Made by a program: the position numbers and the translations under genes. Positions 25,702 to 34,998 of a stretch of DNA of 64,000 nucleotides are shown in pieces. The number at the start of each line of letters is the position of its first letter. Positions within the stretch are counted from its first letter, which is position 1. The DNA is from Clostridiales bacterium (GTDB taxonomy: Bacteria > Bacillota > Clostridia > Christensenellales > Aristaeellaceae). Below the pieces are notes generated by a model that was not told where the DNA came from, made no database searches, and saw only the letters and a list, made by a program, of their open reading frames with translations. Location: NCBI GenBank assembly GCA_015056055.1, contig SVHC01000010.1:4385-68384 (forward strand), in the 5' to 3' direction.

Positions 25702-28254
25702 TTAGATGCCGACCTCTGCAGGTGCAGGGGGAGTAGATTTGGTCAGCGAGGGGATACGCAGTTCGATTTTATTGTTTTCCACCAATTCGGCAAAGATTTC
25801 AATAAGGTTGGGGTCGAACTGTTTTCCGGCCTCAGAGCGCAGAATGGACAGAGCCTCATGTACGGGCGTAGCAGATTTGTAATTGCGGATAGAGGTAATA
25901 GCATCGAAGGAATCAGCAATACAGAGGATACGACCGGTGATGGGAATGTTGGTCTGCGCCAAGCGACGAGGATAACCGCGGCCGTCGTAACGCTCGTGGT
26001 GAGAGAGAACGGCGGGAATAACGTAATCCAGTGAGGGAAGATGCCGGATGATGTTGACCGCATTTTCAACATGGCTCTTCATCACTTCGTACTCTTCTGC
26101 AGTAAGCTTGCCGGGCTTATTGAGGATTTCTTCACGGATGCCGATTTTACCGATGTCGTGCAACAAACCGGCTTCGCGGATAATCTCTACCAAATCGGAG
26201 GACATGCCTGCAGCCTTGGCAAGTTCAGCGGCGTAATAGGCCACGTTCTGGGAGTGCTGGAACGTATAATGGTCTTTGGCATCGACCGCTGCGGTAAGAG
26301 CGTAGATGGTACTGGCATGTTCATCGTAACCGCTTTTGTAAAGCGTGTTGCTGGGTTCTCTGCGGTGAATATCGGCGGAGTACATCTGCACGGCATTTTT
26401 ACCGGTGCGCTTGACGGTGTAAACGGTGGTATCGGCATTGCGATAGAGTTCCTTGGCGGAAGAAGCCATGTAGGGAGCAGCGCAGATACCGATGCTGGCC
26501 GTCATGGTACCGGCAGGTTTACTGCCGGCGAAGGAAGACGTGATATTGCTGATTTGTTCAGCTACGTTATCGGCCAGACATTTGGCGGAGTAGATATCAT
26601 AGCCGGGGAGAATCAGGGCAAATTCATCGCCTCCGATACGGGCAGCATAGCCGTTTTCGTTGACGGCAGATGCCAGAATGGCGGCAATACTACGGAGTAC
26701 GGCGTCACCTTCATTGGTACCGTAAAGCTGATTGTACTGCTTGAAATCGTCGATATTGATCAGGCACAGGGAAAGAGCGGTGTCCTTGCACTTTTCAAAT
26801 TCACGATCAAGAATATCGTAGAAGAATTTGAAGTTGAGCAGGCCGGTCATATCGTCCCTCTGCGCTTCTTCCACGGCTCGTTCGTAATTGTAGGCGTTCT
26901 GAACGGCACTGGCACATACGGTAGCAAGAGACTGCAGGAAACGAAGGGTATCGGGATGCTGCGAGAACTTTCCGTGACGATCGGGCAGAATCATGAAGCC
27001 TATCAGGTCACCTTCGTGATTCATAGGGATGAAGCAATCAAGCTGTTGGTTGATCAGAAGGGCTTTTTCCTTTTCCCAGAGGCTGCGATAGAGAGTTCTG
27101 CGGGAAAAGTCCTGGGATGTTACATAGCCATGCTTGTCCTTCAGATATTTGACCAACGGATGGGTGGCATCAAAGGAGAAACTCTTTTCTTCCAGAGGAT
27201 TGAGAGTGTGTTCAATGCGATATGTGCCGCCGGAATCACGGACAAGCACAAAGAGACGGTCTATATCGAAGACTTCCTGTGCTGTGTTGGTCATGCTCTG
27301 CAGGATTTCACTGACACTCATCATGTGAGATAGGTTTTCAGAAAAATGATTGAGAGCGTTGTTGCGCTTCTGATCCTTGCGAGAGAAAATCGCATCGCAC
27401 AGGGAGTTGATGGCCAGATACAGCAGGCCAATCAACAAAAAGAGGAAAACAGCAATGATCATCAGTGTGCTGGTGTAGCCCAAACCAACGTTCTGCATGA
27501 GAAAACGCTGGAGAACCAGAGCCAGATCTGAGAAAATCGCCAGACCGATGACGGCGGAGATGATTATATAATTGGACTTGGAAAGAAGGATGGTCATGCG
27601 GAAAAGCCGTTTCCGGTAAAGTGCGTAGAAAAGGAAAATTGCGTTGCAAACACCGGAGAGCATATCCATAGGAAGACCTATGAACATGGGCAGGGTAGTG
27701 AGCAGATGACCCATGACCAGAACAGCCAGACCACCCATTACAGGCGTCAATTGGCGCAGGGCGATGTGATTTCCGCGGCAATGACGCCAAGCCAGAATAC
27801 ACATTTGCGCCAAAGTAGGCACAATTAAAGCAAAGAGGAAATAAATGTGCCAATTGTAGTGATAGAGGAAGGTGGGAGTATCGCCGGTTCGAATGACTTC
27901 CGGCAGGGGAATAAAGAAATTGGTGAGGCAATTGAATACAAACAGTGCCAGGTAGAAGAACATCCAGAATTTGCGGCCATGGCTATTGGTTTCATCCAGA
28001 AAAGCCAGAACAAACTGATAATAACCATAGGCAACCATCATCATACCCAGAAGGGAAACATGGTGCCAGAAGTTGACATTTGGCCACAATTCAATTCGCA
28101 TGCCCAGCGAGCCGCCGTTCCACAAAAGCATGATGCCCAGAAGCAGTGAGAAGGAACGAAGAGCTTTTTCCTTGGGCTTGGAAACCAAGAAGGTCAGCAG
28201 AAGAAAGAGGTAGCAGAAGATGGAGAAGACGGCAATCCAACTATATCCATTCAT
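25702..28254 (-). CDS. polytopic membrane sensor with GAF-like, GGDEF and HD-GYP domains (c-di-GMP synthesis/degradation)
   Basis: About 300 aa of TM helices, then RIGGDEFALILPG (intact GGDEF), then HD-GYP motifs LLHDIGKIGI and HHERYDGRGYP. Confidence 0.85.
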   Translation of the reverse strand: MNGYSWIAVFSIFCYLFLLLTFLVSKPKEKALRSFSLLLGIMLLWNGGSLGMRIELWPNVNFWHHVSLLGMMMVAYGYYQFVLAFLDETNSHGRKFWMFFYLALFVFNCLTNFFIPLPEVIRTGDTPTFLYHYNWHIYFLFALIVPTLAQMCILAWRHCRGNHIALRQLTPVMGGLAVLVMGHLLTTLPMFIGLPMDMLSGVCNAIFLFYALYRKRLFRMTILLSKSNYIIISAVIGLAIFSDLALVLQRFLMQNVGLGYTSTLMIIAVFLFLLIGLLYLAINSLCDAIFSRKDQKRNNALNHFSENLSHMMSVSEILQSMTNTAQEVFDIDRLFVLVRDSGGTYRIEHTLNPLEEKSFSFDATHPLVKYLKDKHGYVTSQDFSRRTLYRSLWEKEKALLINQQLDCFIPMNHEGDLIGFMILPDRHGKFSQHPDTLRFLQSLATVCASAVQNAYNYERAVEEAQRDDMTGLLNFKFFYDILDREFEKCKDTALSLCLINIDDFKQYNQLYGTNEGDAVLRSIAAILASAVNENGYAARIGGDEFALILPGYDIYSAKCLADNVAEQISNITSSFAGSKPAGTMTASIGICAAPYMASSAKELYRNADTTVYTVKRTGKNAVQMYSADIHRREPSNTLYKSGYDEHASTIYALTAAVDAKDHYTFQHSQNVAYYAAELAKAAGMSSDLVEIIREAGLLHDIGKIGIREEILNKPGKLTAEEYEVMKSHVENAVNIIRHLPSLDYVIPAVLSHHERYDGRGYPRRLAQTNIPITGRILCIADSFDAITSIRNYKSATPVHEALSILRSEAGKQFDPNLIEIFAELVENNKIELRIPSLTKSTPPAPAEVGI

Positions 28255-29881
28255 TCAGCAGTTCCCCCTTTCCGACACTGTCCATCATGTGACAATTGAG
28301 CAAATCGTTGATTTCGCAGCTTTCGGCATTCATGGTACGAATTTTGGATCCGTATTTACGTTCGTAGAGTTCGAAGGTTCCGCACTTGAGCAGTGTGATC
28401 TTCAGCGGATCGATTCCCAGAATCTTCTTAAGATCCTCATAATCCTGATCCAGATAGCGGAAATAGATTCCCAGCTGATCTTGCAGCAGTCTGATACTGA
28501 TGGCGCTGTTGATCAGGTTGCTGCGCTGCAGTTCTACATACATGTGCAGATACGGTCTGTTCTGCTCGGTATATTCCTTTTTGGCTGTCCAAGAGGCAAT
28601 GGGAAGCCTGGACAGCTGAATCGCTTGTGTGATGGATTTTTCTGTGATGCGGGTAAATCCGGCGATATCAATAATCTGCGGAACGCGATCCACATACTGG
28701 AAGCGGGGAATGGAATTGCCCTCGCTCTCGCTTCCGATACCGGTACAGCGGAATACATCGCCTACGCGATAGCGGGCGAAGGCGCCGCCCTTAAATACGG
28801 TCAGTACGAGTTCATAAATACCGCCGGGGAGAACTTCATTCCAGAGAATGGTATGGGGCTGATAGTTGGGGTCGGCCAAGCTTCTGTCCAACTCATCTTC
28901 GGGAATAAATTCATAGAAGCAGGCGTCAGGGAAGAAATAGACACCTTCGCGGCTCCAGGTTTCGCAACCGATACATGTGGGTTCGGTGCCGGCAAAAATC
29001 TCCATGGGGGTAATGCCCCACATCTTTTCAAGATCGGCTTTGTAGCATCGATTGTCTGTGCCGGCGTACATGAAACATTTGAGATGGAAAAGGTCCTTGG
29101 GCAGCAGATCACGATTTTCTCTGCGGCATTTTTTCTTGGCCATAAGATAACGCAAGATCATTTTGGGGGAGGTGCCCAACAGCTTGTCTTTGAGACTGTG
29201 TCCGCCGGAACTCATGCTTGAAATGCTCTGACTGACATAATAAAGGACACTGCCCAGGCCAAAGAAGTATTCAAGACCTTTCTTCATGCCTAGTTTGAAA
29301 CCCTGCTTGTTGCGCTCTCTAAAGCTCATTTTTACCGCTTCTTTAACCGGCGGGAAAAACTCAATATCGATTTCATCTTCCAAAAGCAGGGGCAGAAGAC
29401 CGGTAACATAGGGCATCGGTGCCAGCGCATAAAGCATGTGGTCGGTTACACTGATGTCGAAATCACCCTTTTGACGACTGGTAGCCAGAATCAAGCAGCT
29501 GATGACATTGTGTTTGAACGTATCCAACATCGCCTTGGTATAAGGGGCTGTCTTGATGGGGTGGACGCCACCTTCCCATGTAGTCTGCACCCAAAGAACG
29601 GGATCGGCAGGCAGTGAGGAGGTCTGCTTGGAAAGCAACATGGGCGCGTAATCCTCATAAGAGGTCAGCGGCACCATTTCGCGGAATTCATTGATGGTAT
29701 GGGGGTATTTGCCTTTGAGAATGCTCTGACCGATTCCGCTGTTGGACCACAGTTCGATTTGTTCAAGCAGCAGTCGGTTCTGAATGCTCATGAATTCTTC
29801 GGAGGACAGCGTCAAAAAACCGCAGTATTCTTCCCAGATTTCTGCTTTGGTATATTCGTGAAGCTTTTCCTGGAATCTCAT
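28241..29881 (-). CDS. GH3-family-like (acyl-acid amido synthetase / adenylate-forming) protein
   Basis: Motif 3-like ARYRVGDVFRCTG (compare plant GH3 YRLGDVV). Motif 2-like IFAGTEPTCIGCE (compare YGSSE). The position of the P-loop-like SSGTT motif is degenerate (VQTTWEGGVHPIK). Size is 546 aa. The assignment rests on recollection of family motifs. Confidence 0.5.
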   Translation of the reverse strand: MRFQEKLHEYTKAEIWEEYCGFLTLSSEEFMSIQNRLLLEQIELWSNSGIGQSILKGKYPHTINEFREMVPLTSYEDYAPMLLSKQTSSLPADPVLWVQTTWEGGVHPIKTAPYTKAMLDTFKHNVISCLILATSRQKGDFDISVTDHMLYALAPMPYVTGLLPLLLEDEIDIEFFPPVKEAVKMSFRERNKQGFKLGMKKGLEYFFGLGSVLYYVSQSISSMSSGGHSLKDKLLGTSPKMILRYLMAKKKCRRENRDLLPKDLFHLKCFMYAGTDNRCYKADLEKMWGITPMEIFAGTEPTCIGCETWSREGVYFFPDACFYEFIPEDELDRSLADPNYQPHTILWNEVLPGGIYELVLTVFKGGAFARYRVGDVFRCTGIGSESEGNSIPRFQYVDRVPQIIDIAGFTRITEKSITQAIQLSRLPIASWTAKKEYTEQNRPYLHMYVELQRSNLINSAISIRLLQDQLGIYFRYLDQDYEDLKKILGIDPLKITLLKCGTFELYERKYGSKIRTMNAESCEINDLLNCHMMDSVGKGELLNEWI

Positions 29882-30471
29882 GATTCAACCTCCTTCTCGC
29901 CTTGATGACGAAGGTTTTGACATGCCAGACGGAGGCTGGCTTTTGTAGGAATCAGGAAGGGTGTTTCCTGTTGATAGCGTTTGTAATCGCAGAAGGTTCG
30001 GGGAAAGGTGATGCGATCCTGGAAGCAGGCATAAGCAAGGTCCATGAGGGAAAAGAACATTCCGCGGAGCAGCAAGCCATAAAAAGGAGCAGCAGCAAGT
30101 CCTAAAAAGAAAAATAGCAGGAAAAAAAACAGAATACCCGGATGGCGGCAGAGTGCGTAGACGCCTTTATCATACACACTGCGTCCATCCGTTTGCTTGG
30201 CGTAGGTTTCTTCGAAAGGAAGCGCGAAGAAAAGGCTGTAGATCAGCGCCAAAATTGATATAAACGCAAAAAAGATGAAAATCCAGTCTACGATACTATC
30301 AAATGCATTGATCCGGCAGGCAGCGTACAAATCCAACCCTGCTGCGCCGGCGAGCAACGCAGTACCCAAAGCGAAAAAGAATCGGGGAAAGCTGCGTTGC
30401 CAGGAAAAACTGTTAATATCATAGAGGAAGTAGAGGAGAAAAGCTGCAAGCCCCAAAGCCAGTGAAATCAT
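29878..30471 (-). CDS. ICMT/PEMT-like integral membrane methyltransferase
   Basis: Five or six TM segments and GVYALCRHPGILFFFLLFF (compare the RHPxY motif of isoprenylcysteine / phospholipid methyltransferases). GGAGGA RBS before ATG 30471. The track ORF up to 30705 overlaps the upstream gene and is an extension. Confidence 0.45.
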   Translation of the reverse strand: MISLALGLAAFLLYFLYDINSFSWQRSFPRFFFALGTALLAGAAGLDLYAACRINAFDSIVDWIFIFFAFISILALIYSLFFALPFEETYAKQTDGRSVYDKGVYALCRHPGILFFFLLFFFLGLAAAPFYGLLLRGMFFSLMDLAYACFQDRITFPRTFCDYKRYQQETPFLIPTKASLRLACQNLRHQGEKEVES

Positions 30472-30496
30472 ACGTCCTCCTGCAGGTGCAAGTGAA

Positions 30497-32824
30497 TTAC
30501 TTTTTGTTTTCCGCCATAGATTCCATGCTGGGATCATAGAAAATGAACTGAGCACGGCCTTGTTCCTTGGCCACATAGGCAGCCGTATCGGCATGATCCA
30601 ACAAATCTTCGTAGGTATCGCCATCATCGGGATAAACGGCGGCACCGATGCTGCCGGACAAGGGATAATCGATGGTATCTGTGCGGTAGGGGGTCTGCAG
30701 CACATTGCAGAGTTCTTCCAGACGCTTTGTCAAATCAGCACGTTCCAGACCGCTGACGAAGACTACGAATTCGTCGCCTGCATAGCGGGCAACCACATCG
30801 ATGTGACGGAAGGTACCCAGAAGACGCTTGGCAATGAAGCACAGCACGTCGTCGCCGACCATATGTCCCAGAGTATCGTTGACCTGCTTAAAGTGATCCA
30901 GGTCAAAGAAGATGATGGCGCTGCCGGTTTGTGCACCCTTTTTGAGGGCGCTGCTGACGAATTGCTCAAAGTAAGTACGGTTGTAAAGACCTGTCAGCGG
31001 GTCGCGATTGGCTTTTTCCATCCAACGGTTGACCTCATTTTTCCAACCGGCCATGTTTACCAACGTACCGGAAATTATGTCTTCACCGCCGGAAGCGATA
31101 TGTTCGCAATGCATATGAACTTCCATCCACTCGTAGCGGGACTCGTTGGTATAAAAGCGCAGAGTATTCTCAGCCCAGCCTTCGTTTTTGCAGCAACGGT
31201 CCATAAGATTACGGAAATCCTGGCGGTCATTTTCATGAATCAGATCGGAATGAGCAAAGAGTGCGGAGGCTTCGGAAATAACCAGCTGACCGTAAAGAAG
31301 GGGAGAAAAAATATCAGAGAAGACTACGCGATCCTGGCTGACCAGGAAAGTGAACATGATAATGTTGCTTCCGGTGGGATGGGGAGCAATGTCGTTGGTT
31401 TGAATGGTGGGGGTATCGTTGGTTTCCACATATTTCAATTGCCCGTTTTCAAAGGCAGTCTTCTGGAATTCATCGACGGGCATGGGACGGAAGTAGTAAA
31501 AACCCTGAATCATATCGCAACCGGATTGACGCAGATACTGAACCTGGGAGGCAATATCGATTCCTTCGGCAACGGTATGAATCTGCAGCTGAGAGGTGAT
31601 TTTTAGAATCGCTTCTACGATATAGCGGTTGGCGCGGCTATTGTTTTCGCCGATAAAGAAGCTGCGATCCAATTTAAGTGTGTCAATGCTCAGTTCACGA
31701 AGGAGCTGCAGGGGAATAGCACTCTCGCCAAAGTGATCCAGAGAACATTTGAAACCGTAAGAATGAATTTCATCGACCAGGGCGCGCAGCCTTTGCGGCT
31801 TTTCAAAAAGAATGGGTTCGCTCAGTTCAAATTCCAGATATTCCGGTGCGACGCGATACTTCTGAGCAATACGGTTATAGGGCTCCAGAAAGTGGTCATG
31901 TTCCAGTGTTTCCAGAGACAGATTGACGGAAATCGGGCAGGGGCTCATGCCCAACTGCTTCCACTGTGCCATTTTGCTGCAAACTACTTCGAAAAGATAT
32001 TGATCAAAGCGGTGAATAAGTCTGTATTCCTCCAGAAGCGGAACAAACATTTCAGGAGTAAGCAGACCGCGCTGCGGATGACGCCAGCGAACCAACGCTT
32101 CTGCGCCTACGATACGACCGTCGCCCAGGCGAACCTTGGGCTGCATATAGACAAGAAAATCACCGTTAGCCAAGGAACGATCCATCTGTTCAATCAGTTC
32201 CCAACGGTGGATGGCTTTTTCATCGGTAGGGTTGTTGTGATAAAAACGGAAACGGGGCGCATTTTTTTCCATGTCCAACATCTGCAGCGCTTTTTCCTGC
32301 ATATCGCTGAAAGGCTCGGAAGTGGTAGAGGGAAGATAAGCGCCGAAAATCAGATCCATATGATAGGGAATTTTACGCTGAATATTAAATTGATTGATGC
32401 TTTCATAAATTCGCAGCAGGCGGGCACGGATAGCATCTTCCTGACGATTTTTAATCAGAAAACACAATGTACCGCCACTCAGTCGAGCCGCGGCTTCAGA
32501 GGAACTCAGCGAAGTACGCAGAATACGGGCGATATAGAACAGAACCTGGTCGCTTTTTGCGCTGCCAAAGGTGTGGACAATCTGCCGCCAGTTTTTCAGC
32601 TCCATGACTACAACGGCATGGTGAGGTGTGTTGCTGCTGAAATATTGCAAAGCAACACGCCTTAATCCCTCACTATTCAGAAGACCGGTTACAGAATCGG
32701 AAAGGGCGCGGGATTGCAACCGCTTGATGCGGCGGATATATATCAGCATAACAATGACTGTCAGCACAAACAGGACTGACAGGGCGAAAACCCACTGAGA
32801 AGGAGTAAAAAGAGGGCTATTCAC
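30497..32824 (-). CDS. membrane-anchored degenerate-GGDEF / EAL / PAS-like / GGDEF(AGDEF) protein
   Basis: N-terminal TM WVFALSVLFVLTVIVMLIYI. The first cyclase-like domain has RLSGGTLCFLI in place of GGDEF. EAL domain: GAEALVRW..., LDHFGES. C-terminal RYAGDEFVVFV. Confidence 0.8.
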   Translation of the reverse strand: MNSPLFTPSQWVFALSVLFVLTVIVMLIYIRRIKRLQSRALSDSVTGLLNSEGLRRVALQYFSSNTPHHAVVVMELKNWRQIVHTFGSAKSDQVLFYIARILRTSLSSSEAAARLSGGTLCFLIKNRQEDAIRARLLRIYESINQFNIQRKIPYHMDLIFGAYLPSTTSEPFSDMQEKALQMLDMEKNAPRFRFYHNNPTDEKAIHRWELIEQMDRSLANGDFLVYMQPKVRLGDGRIVGAEALVRWRHPQRGLLTPEMFVPLLEEYRLIHRFDQYLFEVVCSKMAQWKQLGMSPCPISVNLSLETLEHDHFLEPYNRIAQKYRVAPEYLEFELSEPILFEKPQRLRALVDEIHSYGFKCSLDHFGESAIPLQLLRELSIDTLKLDRSFFIGENNSRANRYIVEAILKITSQLQIHTVAEGIDIASQVQYLRQSGCDMIQGFYYFRPMPVDEFQKTAFENGQLKYVETNDTPTIQTNDIAPHPTGSNIIMFTFLVSQDRVVFSDIFSPLLYGQLVISEASALFAHSDLIHENDRQDFRNLMDRCCKNEGWAENTLRFYTNESRYEWMEVHMHCEHIASGGEDIISGTLVNMAGWKNEVNRWMEKANRDPLTGLYNRTYFEQFVSSALKKGAQTGSAIIFFDLDHFKQVNDTLGHMVGDDVLCFIAKRLLGTFRHIDVVARYAGDEFVVFVSGLERADLTKRLEELCNVLQTPYRTDTIDYPLSGSIGAAVYPDDGDTYEDLLDHADTAAYVAKEQGRAQFIFYDPSMESMAENKK

Positions 32825-33084
32825 TGTATTTTTTCCTCACATATTGTAGGCGTTTATGGCATGAAAAGCAGCAAATTTATGAATCTAAATTTGAAGATAC
32901 TAAATTTATTTTATTATATCACGAATTTATTGCTACTTCAACATGAATGGACGATATTTTGTTCAATAATTTTGATGTTTTCTGTTGTGTTTTTAAGGGA
33001 CAGAATGTATAATGCATATAGTGTTTCAAAAGATTTTAGGTTGTGATTGGAACCTTAATTAAAAAACAATTGGGGAGGAGTTCG

Positions 33085-34185
33085 ATGAGAAAGATTTTGA
33101 AGGTTGTTTTGCTGCTGACGCTGGTAGTCGGTTTGGTCTTCGGTGGCAAAAGTTTGTTGGATGATGTAAGCAGCGGACGGGATAATGACATGGCCAGAGA
33201 ATTGGCGCGAGGCGGCAGGACAACGGCAGCGCCTACTGAAGCTCCCACTGAAGCTCCTACGGCAGCGCCCACCGAAGCTCCTACGGCAGCTCCCACTGAA
33301 GCTCCTACGGCAGCGCCCACCGAAGCCCCTACGGCAGCGCCCACCGAAGCTCCTACGGCAGCGCCCACTGAAGCTCCTACGGCAGCGCCCACCGAAGCCC
33401 CTACGGCTGCGCCCACCGAAGCTCCCACGGCAGCGCCCACTGAAGCTCCTACGGCTGCGCCCACCGAAGCTCCCACGGCAGCGCCCACTGAAGCTCCTAC
33501 GCCTGTGCCTACGGTTAAACCCACCGAGGTTCCCACACCTGCGGCAACGCAGAAGACAAGAGCAGATCTTACGCATAGTGACCCGATAGTCATGGAACTT
33601 CTTGCTATGGATCTGGATGTGCTTAGGGAATACAATCCGGAAGTTGTTGGTTGGGTATTCATTCCCGATACGGCGATTGACTATCCCATGGTACAGGGTG
33701 CTGATAACGACTTCTATTTGAATCACACATGGATGAAGGATGAAAACAACGCAGGTGCGATTTTCATGGAAGCGGAAAATTCCCTGGATATGAGCGATTT
33801 CAATACCATTATTTACGGTCACAACATGAGAAATGGAGCCATGTTCAGTGATCTGAACAAGTATCAGAGTCGCAGCTATATGGCCGATCATCCTTATGCA
33901 TATGTGCTTACTGACAATGGCGTCTATCGCTATGATCTGTATGCTACTTACAAGGCAGGCGTGCGTTCCATCACCTATGCCATGAAGATTCAGACTGAAA
34001 AGAAGAGGATGGAACTGATCAATTTCATTGACAACTATTCGCAGGTCACTATGGATATAGCCCCCGGTGTCGACGATCATATCCTGACGCTGTCGACTTG
34101 TTCCGGTGTAGGTCAGCCCAATCGCCGCGTGGTTATTGGAATTTTCAATGCGGAAGGATCCTGTCTAATTAATCCCTTGGAATAA
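33085..34185 (+). CDS. srtB: class B sortase with N-terminal TM anchor and long APTEAPTA repeat stalk
   Basis: MRKILKVVLLLTLVVGLVFGG anchor, then a 92-aa repeat stalk. Catalytic domain: PDTAIDYPMVQGADNDFYLNH, IIYGHNMRNGAMFSDL, LTLSTCS...RRVV. GGGGAGGAG RBS. Confidence 0.8.
   Translation: MRKILKVVLLLTLVVGLVFGGKSLLDDVSSGRDNDMARELARGGRTTAAPTEAPTEAPTAAPTEAPTAAPTEAPTAAPTEAPTAAPTEAPTAAPTEAPTAAPTEAPTAAPTEAPTAAPTEAPTAAPTEAPTAAPTEAPTPVPTVKPTEVPTPAATQKTRADLTHSDPIVMELLAMDLDVLREYNPEVVGWVFIPDTAIDYPMVQGADNDFYLNHTWMKDENNAGAIFMEAENSLDMSDFNTIIYGHNMRNGAMFSDLNKYQSRSYMADHPYAYVLTDNGVYRYDLYATYKAGVRSITYAMKIQTEKKRMELINFIDNYSQVTMDIAPGVDDHILTLSTCSGVGQPNRRVVIGIFNAEGSCLINPLE
33226..33501 (+). repeat. 11.5 tandem copies of a 24-bp unit (GCAGCGCCCACCGAAGCTCCTACG-like) encoding (AAPTEAPT)n
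   Basis: Read directly from the sequence. The copies differ only at a few synonymous positions. Confidence 0.9.
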
Positions 34186-34200
34186 AAATCCGGAATGAAA

Positions 34201-34234
34201 ATGCCTCTCTCATTGTTGAGGGAGGCATTTTTCT
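34201..34234 (+). terminator. rho-independent terminator of srtB
   Basis: ATGCCTCTCTC-attgtt-GAGGGAGGCAT followed by TTTTCT. Confidence 0.75.
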
Positions 34235-34378
34235 ATCTTCTATATGTCGAACTTGGCTGTAGTTACATAATACGCGCCAAATGGCGGTGTGAAACGGCAT
34301 CTTTTTCAGAATGGCCCTTTAATAATTGCCTGCTGATGAGGGGCATAGAAATGTCCCGCCTTTCGACTTCTTGTTTTG

Positions 34379-34858
34379 TTAGAAATTTTCTAAGATGTAC
34401 TGAGAAACAGAAGGTTCTGTTGGGGGGATATCGATGCTAAAGAATTCATGAGCAGGTACAGGATCGGCTGTGTAATCGACTAAACCTGCTCTTCGATTTG
34501 CCAGGGGATTACGTTTTTCCCACTCAATGAATGCTTCCAGGCGACTTCGGATCAAACTTTTATCTGTCCATTCTTCGCACCATTTTTCAAATTGATTCAT
34601 GATTTCTTCGGGAGTGGTTGGTTCAATACCGAACATCCAATGTCCGTAGGTTTTTAAAGTCGGCAGCAAAGCATTCACAAAAATGCCTGGACGAATATAG
34701 TATTCTTCCTTGGAAAAGCTGCTTCCCTGAATATAGAAACAAAGTGTAAATTCGCCTATATCTTTTGTCCAGCGTTTATTCCTTTTTTTAAATCCTTTTG
34801 CTTTCAAATACGGCGTTACGTATGCAATTAATTCTTCTTCGGATAAGGTGTGACTCAT
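34379..34858 (-). CDS. hypothetical cytoplasmic protein (possibly DUF4304-like)
   Basis: 159 aa with AAGGAGG RBS. AT-richer than its neighbours. KGFKKRNKRWTKDIGEFTLCFYIQGS is reminiscent of DUF4304 proteins, but that recollection is weak. Confidence 0.5.
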   Translation of the reverse strand: MSHTLSEEELIAYVTPYLKAKGFKKRNKRWTKDIGEFTLCFYIQGSSFSKEEYYIRPGIFVNALLPTLKTYGHWMFGIEPTTPEEIMNQFEKWCEEWTDKSLIRSRLEAFIEWEKRNPLANRRAGLVDYTADPVPAHEFFSIDIPPTEPSVSQYILENF

Positions 34859-34941
34859 GTCGCGTCCTCCTTCCTTTGGCTAATCAATAACCATAGTGAC
34901 AAACCCATTATAGCATACAGGTCTAACTGAAACAAGTGTAC

Positions 34942-34971
34942 TAAAAAGCCGGAACCCTTTCGGATTCCGGC
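34942..34971 (-). terminator. rho-independent terminator of the antiporter gene
   Basis: Minus strand reads GCCGGAATCCGAAAGGGTTCCGGC followed by TTTTTAG. Confidence 0.7.
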
Positions 34972-34998
34972 AGAAAACCAGGATTTCAAAATGTGCTG

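Noticed and set aside
29878-30705. 275-aa version of the methyltransferase-like ORF overlapping the GGDEF/EAL gene by ~200 nt
   Set aside because: The overlap region is Pro/Cys-rich out-of-frame sequence from the upstream gene. GGAGGA precedes the internal ATG at 30471, where the hydrophobic protein begins.
33226-33501. Regular 24-bp repeats that might suggest a CRISPR array or a minisatellite outside genes
   Set aside because: There are no unique spacers between the units. The repeats are contiguous and in frame inside the sortase gene. The extra ORFs 33036..33662, 33055..34080 and 33185..33589 are just other frames of the repeat.
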